Shown here: positions 48,663-57,661 of the stretch, piece after piece
How positions within the stretch are numbered: the first letter of the stretch is position 1
Layout of the letters: every line of letters starts with the position of its first letter
Source of the DNA: Acidobacteriota bacterium
Lineage (GTDB): Bacteria > Acidobacteriota > Terriglobia > Bryobacterales > Bryobacteraceae
Direction: 5' to 3'
DNA: 64,000 bases
NCBI GenBank assembly: GCA_025350695.1
Contig: JANXXI010000368.1
Span: forward strand, 73-64,072
Notes under the pieces: generated by a model
Seen by the model: the letters and a program-made list of their open reading frames with translations, nothing else
The model's database searches: none
What the model was told of the DNA's origin: nothing
Program-made: the position numbers and the translations under genes

Positions 48663-50195
48663 ATGGCTGCAAAACAACCAGTTTTGTTGTCGATACTCGA
48701 TGGCTGGGGATATTCCCCAGTCACCGAGGGCAACGCGGTCTATCACGCTCATAAGCCCATTTTCGACCGCCTCTTCGCAAATAACCCCAACACCCTAATT
48801 GAGGCTTCCGGACCCTGGGTCGGCTTGCCAAAAGGACAGATGGGCAATAGTGAAGTAGGCCATTTGAACATCGGATCCGGCCGCATTATCCGCATGGATG
48901 TCAGCCGCATCGATGTCATGATTGAAGAAGGCACATTCGATCAGGACCCTACCCTGAAGGCGTCAATGAAACACGGCGCCGCGCATAGACTTCACATCAT
49001 GGGTCTGGTTAGCAATGGCGGCGTCCACTCCATGAACACCCATCTTTACGCGCTGGTGCACATGGCGAAAAAGATGGGAGTAAAAGACCTTTTCGTCCAC
49101 GTGTTCACCGACGGTCGTGATACGCCGCCTCATAGCGGTCTCGGCTTCGTCACTGAACTGGTGAAGGTAATGACTGAAGCCGGCTGCGGCAAAATCGCAA
49201 GCGTCTGCGGCCGTTATTACGCCATGGATCGCGATAAACGCTGGGAGCGGGTCGAGAAAGCTTTCAATGCCATCGTGCTGGGGGAAGGGAAGCATGCCAC
49301 TGACCCTCTCAAGGCAATCGAGGCCTCCTATGCCGACGGGAAGACCGACGAGTTCATAGACCCCTTCACCATCGTAGACTCAGCTGGAAAGCCACTGGGT
49401 TTAATCCAGGACAACGACGCCGTGCTATTTTTCAATTACCGGGCCGATCGCGGCCGCGAATTGAGCATGGCGCTCACCGATGGCGGACTCCCGCAACCCC
49501 CTCGCGAAAAGGCTCCGAAGAACCTGCACTACACCACCATGACCGAGTACGACCGGACTTTCCCGCATCACGTCGTACTCAAGCGCGAAACCAACAAGAA
49601 CATTATGGGCGAAGTGGTTTCAAATGCCGGCTTAACCAATCTGCGCGTGGCTGAAACGGAAAAGTATCCGCACGTGACATATTTCTTCAATGGCGGCGCC
49701 GAACAGCCCTTTTCCGGCGAAGATCGTGAAATGGTGCCGTCACCCAAGGTCGCTACCTACGATCTGATGCCCGAAATGTCGGCCGCGGGCGTCACCGATA
49801 TCGTCGTGAACGCTCTTGAATCAAAGAAATACGACCTGATCGTCGTGAATTTCGCGAACCCCGATATGGTCGGCCATTCCGGAGTTTTTGAAGCGGCCAT
49901 GAAGGCCGTGGAAGCCGTGGATGCCTGCTTGGCGCGTATCGAAAAAGCGTATCTGGAACGTGGTGGAACCTGGTTAATTACAGCCGATCACGGTAACTCT
50001 GAAACCATGATTGACCCAATAACCAAGGGCCCCCACACCTACCACACAACAAACCCAGTGCCGTTTATTGTAGTCAACAATGATCCCAAGCCTCTTCGAG
50101 CGGGCGGCGCCTTGCGCGATATCGCCCCGACGATTCTTGGGTTGCTAGGTGTCTCCCAACCCGAAGACATGACCGGCAAAAGTCTAATTACCTAA
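48663..50195 (+). CDS. gpmI: 2,3-bisphosphoglycerate-independent phosphoglycerate mutase
   Basis: Contains LSILDGWG, the catalytic Ser context GNSEVGHLNIG, and ADHGN. Length is 510 aa. Confidence 0.95.
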   Translation: MAAKQPVLLSILDGWGYSPVTEGNAVYHAHKPIFDRLFANNPNTLIEASGPWVGLPKGQMGNSEVGHLNIGSGRIIRMDVSRIDVMIEEGTFDQDPTLKASMKHGAAHRLHIMGLVSNGGVHSMNTHLYALVHMAKKMGVKDLFVHVFTDGRDTPPHSGLGFVTELVKVMTEAGCGKIASVCGRYYAMDRDKRWERVEKAFNAIVLGEGKHATDPLKAIEASYADGKTDEFIDPFTIVDSAGKPLGLIQDNDAVLFFNYRADRGRELSMALTDGGLPQPPREKAPKNLHYTTMTEYDRTFPHHVVLKRETNKNIMGEVVSNAGLTNLRVAETEKYPHVTYFFNGGAEQPFSGEDREMVPSPKVATYDLMPEMSAAGVTDIVVNALESKKYDLIVVNFANPDMVGHSGVFEAAMKAVEAVDACLARIEKAYLERGGTWLITADHGNSETMIDPITKGPHTYHTTNPVPFIVVNNDPKPLRAGGALRDIAPTILGLLGVSQPEDMTGKSLIT

Positions 50196-50206
50196 ATCCC
50201 CATCCG

Positions 50207-50238
50207 GGCTGCCAGTAAGATATCCTTAACTGGCAGCC
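50207..50238 (+). other. Strong intergenic stem-loop between gpmI and the sulfatase gene
   Basis: ggctgccagt / actggcagcc form a perfect 10-bp stem, extendable by 3 bp with one bulge to leave a 5-nt loop. There is no U-tract. The 3' end lies 3 nt before the sulfatase ATG. Confidence 0.5.
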
Positions 50239-50241
50239 ACC

Positions 50242-51717
50242 ATGATCACCCGACGCAATCTTCTCCGCACCTCCCTCTTCTCTACCTTGGCCTTTGGCCA
50301 AGCGCCCAAGCGCCCCAACATTCTGTTCGTCATTGCCGACGACTGGGGCTTCGGCCATGCCGGAGCCTACGGCGCCACCTGGCTCAAGACTCCGAACTTC
50401 GACCGTGTCGCTCGGGAAGGCGTTCTCTTCAATAACTGTTTCACGTCGAACCCGAAGTGCAGCCCCTGCCGCGCCACAATCCTCACCGGCCGAAATACTT
50501 GGCAATTGAAAGAGGCGATCAACCACCAAAGCATCTTCCCAACGGAGTTTCCCGTCTACCCCAGTCTGCTGGCAGAAGCAGGTTACCTCACCGGACACAC
50601 CGGCAAAGGGTGGGGTCCCGGTGACTTCAAATCCACCGGATGGGCCCACAACCCCGCCGGACCTGTTTACAACGACCTCAAACTGGCGCCACCCTATACC
50701 GGAATCTCTCCCGTCGATTACGCCGGAAACTTCGGTGCATTCCTCCAGAAGCGTAAATCCGGCCAGCCCTTCTGCTTCTGGCTCGGGGGGCACGAACCGC
50801 ACCGGGCCTACGAAGAGGGTTCGGGCGTCAGGGCGGGGAAGAAGCCGAACGAAGTTAAGCTGCCTGGTTACTATCCCGAAAACCGGGCCATTAAATCCGA
50901 CTTCCTGGATTACTCCCTGGAAGTGGAATGGTTCGATGAGCACCTAGGCCGGGCGCTCAAGAAACTGGAGGAAGTGGGCGAACTCGAAAACACGTTCATC
51001 GTGGTCACCTCCGATCACGGCGAACCCTTCCCACGCGTGAAGGGTCAAATCTACGAGCGAGGATTCCATATTCCCCTTGCCATTCGATGGGGTAAGAACA
51101 TCCCCCAAGGAAAGGTGATCGATGATTTCATCAACACCCGGGATTTTGCTCCCACTTTCCTCGAGCTAGCAGGCGCTAAAGCAGCTTCAACAAACACTGG
51201 AACTAGCTTAGTTAATTTGTTGAAAACAGGGCAACGCGATGCATCAAAGAATGTGATGTTGATCGGAAAAGAAAGGCACGATTTGGGCCGGCCTAACGAT
51301 GCCGGGTATCCGGTCAGAGCCATCCGGACCCCTAACTTCCTCTACATTCGAAACTATTTCCCGAACGCCTGGCCAGCCGGTAATCCCGAGACGGGATACA
51401 AAAATGTGGATGATTCGCCCACCAAAACTCTATTGATCTCAAACTTTGATGAATTCTACCGAATGTCTTTCGGCAAGAGAGCCGCCGAGGAACTATACGA
51501 TATGAAGAAAGATCGGGACTGCTTGAAGAACCTGGCGACGGAGCCGGAACACGCCATGACCAAGCGGACATTAAGGGACAGAATGGACGAGATGCTTCGG
51601 GCAGAAGGCGATCCGCGGGCTTTGGGACATGCCGATTTCTTCGACACAATTGAATACACAGGACCTCGTAAACATTCCTACGACACTTGGCTGAAGAATC
51701 AGACTCCAGAAAAGTAA
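50242..51717 (+). CDS. Sulfatase (formylglycine-dependent), paralog-like to 16396..17772
   Basis: ITRRNLLRTSLF signal, ILFVIADDWG, and the active-site box CSPCRATILTG. Length is 491 aa. Confidence 0.9.
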   Translation: MITRRNLLRTSLFSTLAFGQAPKRPNILFVIADDWGFGHAGAYGATWLKTPNFDRVAREGVLFNNCFTSNPKCSPCRATILTGRNTWQLKEAINHQSIFPTEFPVYPSLLAEAGYLTGHTGKGWGPGDFKSTGWAHNPAGPVYNDLKLAPPYTGISPVDYAGNFGAFLQKRKSGQPFCFWLGGHEPHRAYEEGSGVRAGKKPNEVKLPGYYPENRAIKSDFLDYSLEVEWFDEHLGRALKKLEEVGELENTFIVVTSDHGEPFPRVKGQIYERGFHIPLAIRWGKNIPQGKVIDDFINTRDFAPTFLELAGAKAASTNTGTSLVNLLKTGQRDASKNVMLIGKERHDLGRPNDAGYPVRAIRTPNFLYIRNYFPNAWPAGNPETGYKNVDDSPTKTLLISNFDEFYRMSFGKRAAEELYDMKKDRDCLKNLATEPEHAMTKRTLRDRMDEMLRAEGDPRALGHADFFDTIEYTGPRKHSYDTWLKNQTPEK

Positions 51718-51840
51718 AGTGATTCAAGCCGGGCGACTGTGGTGGTTTTCAGCCACTCCGTTTTATCTATGTTCTATATAATTCAATACGATAGCGTTTG
51801 GTAGGCCACGTGCATTAAAGAAGAGCAAGGAGATTCGGCC

Positions 51841-53925
51841 ATGACACGCAACTTACTCCAAATCGCTACCGCAGCGGCCCTTATCGCCAGTCTAGGGCGG
51901 ACCCAGGATCAGCAACAACTTCCGATTGATCAATCGATCAACGATATCGAGGATACGCAAGGCCGCGGCATTGCTCGCGTGAGTTTCCTGAATGGTGAAG
52001 TCAGCGTTCGGCGCGGCGATACTGGGGAATGGATAGCTGCTGCGCTGAATCAACCCCTTATGGCCGATGATCGTCTGAGCACGGGTCCGAACGCGAGAGC
52101 GGAAATTCAGTTCGATTCCTCCAACTTGATTCGTCTCAGAACCGATTCCGAAGTGCGCATGGGAACACTGGAACCTAATCGATATCTATTAGTAGTTTCA
52201 CGTGGAACTGTAAATTATAGAATACTTAGGGACTTAAACGCCGATGTGGAAATCGGGACCCCATCTATTGCGGTCCGGCCTTCGCGAACCGGCACATATC
52301 GTATAGCGGTGCTGCCCGATGGGGCTTCGGAAATAACCGTCCGGTCCGGGCACGCCGATATCTTCTCTCCACGTGGATCCCAGAGACTAACTCCTGGACG
52401 AACGATGCTGGTTAAGGGAGATGTCAATGATCCTGAATTCCAACTAGTAAACGCCATTCAAAAAGATGAATTTGACGGCTGGAACGAGCACCGCGACAAA
52501 GAACTGCTGAACAGCCGGTCCTATAGCTATGTTAGCCGTGATATCTATGGCGCCGAAGACCTGGACAACAACGGTCGCTGGGTGCAAAGCGAAGATTATG
52601 GGGCAGTTTGGTCCCCACGGGTTAATTCCGATTGGGCACCCTATCGCAATGGCCGGTGGGTTTGGGAGGATTACTACGGCTGGACTTGGGTCAGTTCCGA
52701 CAGCTGGGGTTGGGCGCCTTACCATTACGGTCGCTGGTTCAACGAGCCCCGCTACGGTTGGTGCTGGTATCCAGGTGCGCGTACTGCCCGGCATTTCTGG
52801 CGTCCGGCTCTGGTAGCTTTCTTTGGATTCGGCAGCTTTGGCCACGTCGGTTGGGTGCCTTTGGCTCCCTATGAAACCTTCCATCCCTGGTATGGATCCC
52901 GCCAGTACGGTGGCTACCGCAATGGTGGAATTAACATTAATATTACCAATGTAAACGTTAGCAATAATTACCGTAATGCTAGATACAATAATGGCTACAC
53001 CACCGTCGTTGCCGGTAATTTTGGACGCGGCTCCGTGCAGAACGTGAGAATTGGACGCGATCAGTTATCGAATGTCGGGGTTGTGCGAGGACATCTTCCA
53101 ATCGCCCCCGAACGCAGCAGTACGCGCTTCAGCGATCGCGAGTCCCGTATCACCTCCACGGCGGCTTCCGATAATCAAAGATTTTACAGCCGTTCGCAAT
53201 CAGCGCGCATAGATCGGGTGCCTTTTGAGACTCAGCAGCAACGGATCAACAGCGCTCAAACTTCACAAGGCGCTTTCCGTGGCGCCGTCCAGACGCCGAC
53301 GGTTCAGGGTCAAACGAACACTGGTGGCTGGGGTAGATCCTCTCAGGGCTCGCCTAACCCATCGGGTGACAATGCACCCCGAGGACGTGGCAGTTGGGAC
53401 CGGTTTGGTAATCCGGATGTCTCTAACAACAACCGTTCCGCCCAGCCATCCCCCAACGCCCCGCCGGTAAACACGGATTCACAGCGCGGGGGATGGGGGC
53501 GGTTCGGAGATCCCAATGCCCGCAACAGCAATTCAGCGGGACAGGGTGGCCAAAGTTCAGGTGGTCAAGGCTCACGGGCGCGAGGTAACGTGGATTCGCA
53601 ACCCTCCCGGCAGCAATCGCCCCCAGTTTATAGCGCCCCGCCCCCACAGAGCAACGACAGCGGATCATACCGTGGCCGATATGATTCGGGAAACCGTTCA
53701 CAGCAACGCTCGTCCGATTCCGCACCGCGGATGAGCGCCCCGGTGGTCACCGAGAGGCCTTCTCGTCCCAGCGCTCCGCCTAGCGGTGGTGGCGGCGGCG
53801 GCGGCGGATCCAGAACGGAAAGGTCTTCGCCCCCTCCCAGCAATAATAACGGTGGGGGACGCAGCGAAAGCCGCAGTGAAGGCAATAGCAACAACAGCGG
53901 TGGTCGCGGTGGTCGTGGGCGCTAA
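51841..53925 (+). CDS. Secreted FecR-domain protein with a Trp/Tyr/Gly-rich central domain (DUF6600-like) and a ~260-aa low-complexity tail
   Basis: Signal peptide, then a FecR-like region (ARVSFLNGEVSVRRGD...). The central region is YGAVWSPRVNSDWAPYRNGRWVWEDYYGWTWVSSDSWGWAPYHYGRWF. The tail is S/N/Q/R/G/P-rich and includes a Gly8 run. Confidence 0.7.
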   Translation: MTRNLLQIATAAALIASLGRTQDQQQLPIDQSINDIEDTQGRGIARVSFLNGEVSVRRGDTGEWIAAALNQPLMADDRLSTGPNARAEIQFDSSNLIRLRTDSEVRMGTLEPNRYLLVVSRGTVNYRILRDLNADVEIGTPSIAVRPSRTGTYRIAVLPDGASEITVRSGHADIFSPRGSQRLTPGRTMLVKGDVNDPEFQLVNAIQKDEFDGWNEHRDKELLNSRSYSYVSRDIYGAEDLDNNGRWVQSEDYGAVWSPRVNSDWAPYRNGRWVWEDYYGWTWVSSDSWGWAPYHYGRWFNEPRYGWCWYPGARTARHFWRPALVAFFGFGSFGHVGWVPLAPYETFHPWYGSRQYGGYRNGGININITNVNVSNNYRNARYNNGYTTVVAGNFGRGSVQNVRIGRDQLSNVGVVRGHLPIAPERSSTRFSDRESRITSTAASDNQRFYSRSQSARIDRVPFETQQQRINSAQTSQGAFRGAVQTPTVQGQTNTGGWGRSSQGSPNPSGDNAPRGRGSWDRFGNPDVSNNNRSAQPSPNAPPVNTDSQRGGWGRFGDPNARNSNSAGQGGQSSGGQGSRARGNVDSQPSRQQSPPVYSAPPPQSNDSGSYRGRYDSGNRSQQRSSDSAPRMSAPVVTERPSRPSAPPSGGGGGGGGSRTERSSPPPSNNNGGGRSESRSEGNSNNSGGRGGRGR

Positions 53926-53965
53926 GAAAGTTCTGCGGTCACCTTCATAAGTTCTTCCCTTACAC

Positions 53966-53999
53966 GGCTCGCGGTGGAATAGGCCGCGAGCCATTTTTT
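53966..53999 (+). terminator. Rho-independent terminator
   Basis: ggctcgcgg-tggaatagg-ccgcgagcc forms a 9-bp GC-rich stem, followed by attttttg. Confidence 0.7.
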
Positions 54000-54116
54000 G
54001 CTATCGGATTATCCCTCCCCGGCGCCTCTACAGACTTTTCTTACCTCCGTTCCTTCAAAAAATACTCTACAGTAAGACAAATGCATTTCAGCCGTAGCGG
54101 GCACAACTCGCTCATT

Positions 54117-54176
54117 CAAAATGCTCTCGGTCAAAATGCTCTCGGTCAAAATACTCTCGGTCAAAATACTCTCGGA
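54117..54176. repeat. Tandem direct repeat, 15 bp x 4 (caaaatGctctcggt x2, caaaatActctcggt/a x2)
   Basis: Counted directly. It ends 3 nt before the ATG at 54180. A degenerate fifth copy (aaaatactct) lies at 54059-54068. Confidence 0.9.
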
Positions 54177-54179
54177 AAG

Positions 54180-54866
54180 ATGCTAAGCAGAATCCTCCTC
54201 CATGCTGGAGTGTTCGTTGCTTCGTCCTCCCTGCAAGGCTCGGTCATTTTCGAATCCACCGCGATGGGATCCCCAAGCGGACTCGCCGCGAGTACGGTTA
54301 TCACAAGTAACTCATCCATAACGCAATTCGTCGGGACGCGGTTTAGCGTCAACCAGCAAACCTTGGTCACCTCGGTCGGGGGCTATATGGCGGCCAATGG
54401 GAATGCCTTTGGGCAGATGTTTGCCGCCATAATCTCCCTTGATCCCATAACCGGGTTGCCTAGTGGAAGCCCCTTCTCGGATGCTCCCATTGCAACCACT
54501 ACTTTTCTACCCAATCCTATTGCAGGCGATCTGCGCGCTTCCATGTTGGCTTTGCTCAACCCCGGTACCTATGGTTTGATCTTCGGTTCCGGAGTGTTCG
54601 GCTCACCTGTAGGCGGCGAGGCCTGGTTGCTCGATCCAGGCTCAGTTTCCAACACTTCCTATTTCGCTTGGACCTCGGTTAACATGCCGGGCTTGGGCCA
54701 AATAAGCGGATGGTCCAATATTTCCGGGGCCAATCCGCGCTTCGTGGTGGAAGGAACTACGTTCGCGGCAGCAACAACCAGCGCTACACCCGAACCCGCC
54801 ACCTATATCTTCGTGCTCATAGGATTAGGCGGAATTTGTGCTGGCGTCCGATCCCGCCCCGCCTAA
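54180..54866 (+). CDS. PEP-CTERM sorting-domain protein
   Basis: Signal peptide MLSRILLHAGVFVASSSLQG. The C-terminus is TPEPATYIFVLIGLGGICAGVRSRPA (PEP motif + TM + basic tail). The start is moved from the ORF-track 54081 to 54180. Confidence 0.75.
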   Translation: MLSRILLHAGVFVASSSLQGSVIFESTAMGSPSGLAASTVITSNSSITQFVGTRFSVNQQTLVTSVGGYMAANGNAFGQMFAAIISLDPITGLPSGSPFSDAPIATTTFLPNPIAGDLRASMLALLNPGTYGLIFGSGVFGSPVGGEAWLLDPGSVSNTSYFAWTSVNMPGLGQISGWSNISGANPRFVVEGTTFAAATTSATPEPATYIFVLIGLGGICAGVRSRPA

Positions 54867-54870
54867 GCTG

Positions 54871-55451
<581 letters not shown>

Positions 55452-55468
55452 TGTAAGGGGATATCAAG

Positions 55469-56662
55469 TTGCCTGCTACACTAGCGCTCTCAGACAGAAT
55501 CGATCTAATCAGCGTCTCCTCCACTATGAAGGTAGCGGCTGAAGCTGGTCGGCTAAAGCGGGAAGGAGTGGACCTGGTCGATTTTGGCGCCGGAGAACCA
55601 GACTTTCCCACTCCTACCAACATCAAGCTTGCAGCGATTGAAGCAATCCACGGGAATTTCACAAAGTACACACCCGCTGGTGGAACCGAAGAGTTAAAAC
55701 AAGCCATATGCGACCGACACGAAACTGATTACGGATCAAATTATCAGGCTTCGGAATGTGTCATAACGGTTGGCGGAAAACATTCTATATTCAATCTTAT
55801 ACAGGTATTAGTTAATCCTGAAGATGAAGTCATAATCCCAATGCCCTATTGGGTCACTTATCGAGACGTGGTTCGCTACGCCGGAGCCAAGTGTGTCTTT
55901 GTCGAAACGGATGAACTAAGCGGCTTTGAACTAACTGCCGAAATGATCGAAAAGGCGCTAACTCCTAAAACGAAGCTGATCATTTTGAATTCTCCCAACA
56001 ATCCATCCGGTGCGGTTGTGGCTAGGCTCGAGCTTGAGAAAATCTTTCATGCGGCAGCCAAGCGCGGCATTTGGGTGTTAGCCGATGAATGCTACTGCCG
56101 ATTCCTGTACGATAGCGACCCGTATTCTGTAGCCTCGTTGGACAAAGGGAAGGGAACTGTACTGGTTGCCGGATCCTTATCAAAAACCTACTCCATGACC
56201 GGATGGCGCATTGGTTTTTGTCTGGCTCCTGCCCCAATCGCCAGCGCAGTCATGAAGCTGCAAAGCCACAGTACGTCTAACCCCACGTCCATTTCGCAAA
56301 AAGCAGGTTTGGAAGCTGTACGTGGCCCGCAGGATTCGGTGGATCTGATGCTCACCGAATACAAGGCCCGACGCAAGTTTGTCCTGGCGCGGCTTCGTCA
56401 AATTCCTGGAGTTACGTTAGCTGATCCGCGCGGCGCCTTTTATGCCTATCCGAACATCAGCGTCGCCTTCGAAAAAGGTGGAATATCCAATTCCATGATT
56501 TTTGCCGAGCGCCTACTGCGTGAAGCTCACGTGGCCGTGGTTCCCGGCGAAGCTTTCGGAACCGCCCAGCACATTCGAATTTCCTATGCCACTTCCATGC
56601 ATGAATTGGAACGTGGGTTAGATAGAATCCACAAATTCATGGAGAGCCTAGGCAACCGATGA
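55469..56662 (+). CDS. Pyridoxal-phosphate-dependent aminotransferase, class I (aspartate aminotransferase-like)
   Basis: Contains GEPDFPTP, NSPNNPSG, and the PLP-Lys context SLSKTYSMTGWRIG. Length is 397 aa. Confidence 0.85.
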   Translation: MPATLALSDRIDLISVSSTMKVAAEAGRLKREGVDLVDFGAGEPDFPTPTNIKLAAIEAIHGNFTKYTPAGGTEELKQAICDRHETDYGSNYQASECVITVGGKHSIFNLIQVLVNPEDEVIIPMPYWVTYRDVVRYAGAKCVFVETDELSGFELTAEMIEKALTPKTKLIILNSPNNPSGAVVARLELEKIFHAAAKRGIWVLADECYCRFLYDSDPYSVASLDKGKGTVLVAGSLSKTYSMTGWRIGFCLAPAPIASAVMKLQSHSTSNPTSISQKAGLEAVRGPQDSVDLMLTEYKARRKFVLARLRQIPGVTLADPRGAFYAYPNISVAFEKGGISNSMIFAERLLREAHVAVVPGEAFGTAQHIRISYATSMHELERGLDRIHKFMESLGNR

Positions 56663-57588
56663 TATCGAAACCGATTCAACTCCTGCCCAGCCGTCACCTT
56701 AAGGTTTGGGGCAGCACCGATCTTGCTCCATGGTTCGACGCGAACGAGGAACAGATCGGCGAGTATTGGTTCAGTGCCGACGGCAACCAAACTTCGCTTG
56801 GAAAAACTCTGGGCGATTTGGTGGATACCTACGGCGCAGCTCTCGTTGGAAGCGATGTCAAATTGGCCGAATCAAAAGGCTCAAGTGGACGCTTTCCTAT
56901 CTTAGTCAAATTCCTGTTCACCACCGGTGATCTTTCCGTGCAGGTGCACCCCGACAACGAGTACGGCTGGAAGCATGAGAATTCTCCCGGAAAAACGGAG
57001 ATGTGGTACGTCCTGCGCGCCGACCCCGGTGCGAGGATTGCCTTAGGATTCAAGGAAACGGTAGGTCGCGCCGAAGTCTCCAAAGCGCTCGAATCGGAAG
57101 CTATCATCGACTTGCTCTGCTGGGTGGAGGCGCAACCGGGGCAATCGTATTTCGTCAAGGCCGGCACCGTCCATGCTCTAGGAAGAGGGCTGGCGGTCTG
57201 CGAAATTCAGCAGAATTCGGACGTCACCTACCGGTTATACGACTATGGGCGCCCCAGAGAATTACACGTGGAAAAGTCGTTAGCCGTTGCCGATCCTAAC
57301 CCCCATCCGGGCGCGTCAAAACCCGAGAAGACGCAGAATGGCGTCAGGCTCGCTACGTGCGCATTTTTCGAAACCGAGCTCACGCACTTCATGGGTGATC
57401 GCACTGCTACGGGAGATCCTTCCCGGTTTCAACTGCTCATCTTTACCAGAGGTAAAGGAAGAATTGGTGGGATGCCCTTTCAACTGGGAGAGTGCTGGCT
57501 GATCCCCGCCAGTTGCGACCCATACACAATCGAAGCCTCCGAGCCGGTAGAAATGTTGAAAACATTTGTTCCTCCGGTACGGAATTGA
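56659..57588 (+). CDS. manA: Class I mannose-6-phosphate isomerase
   Basis: Cupin zinc motifs LSVQVHPDNEY, GKTEMWYVL and AGTVHALG. Length is 309 aa. Confidence 0.8.
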   Translation: MISKPIQLLPSRHLKVWGSTDLAPWFDANEEQIGEYWFSADGNQTSLGKTLGDLVDTYGAALVGSDVKLAESKGSSGRFPILVKFLFTTGDLSVQVHPDNEYGWKHENSPGKTEMWYVLRADPGARIALGFKETVGRAEVSKALESEAIIDLLCWVEAQPGQSYFVKAGTVHALGRGLAVCEIQQNSDVTYRLYDYGRPRELHVEKSLAVADPNPHPGASKPEKTQNGVRLATCAFFETELTHFMGDRTATGDPSRFQLLIFTRGKGRIGGMPFQLGECWLIPASCDPYTIEASEPVEMLKTFVPPVRN

Positions 57589-57661
57589 TCTTCAATACTT
57601 CTCTGAATCGTCATCCGCTTGATAGACTTGATTAAAGGACGGTACTAACTCGCATATCTTC

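Noticed and set aside
50188-50943. A 251-aa minus-strand ORF overlapping the 5' half of the sulfatase gene
   Set aside because: The plus-strand frame encodes the sulfatase signal peptide and the CxPxR active-site box. The minus-strand product is Gly/Val/Arg-rich low-complexity sequence, so it is a shadow ORF.
54117-54176. The tandem repeat considered as a possible CRISPR array
   Set aside because: The units are only 15 bp long and contiguous, with no spacers. No cas genes are in the window.
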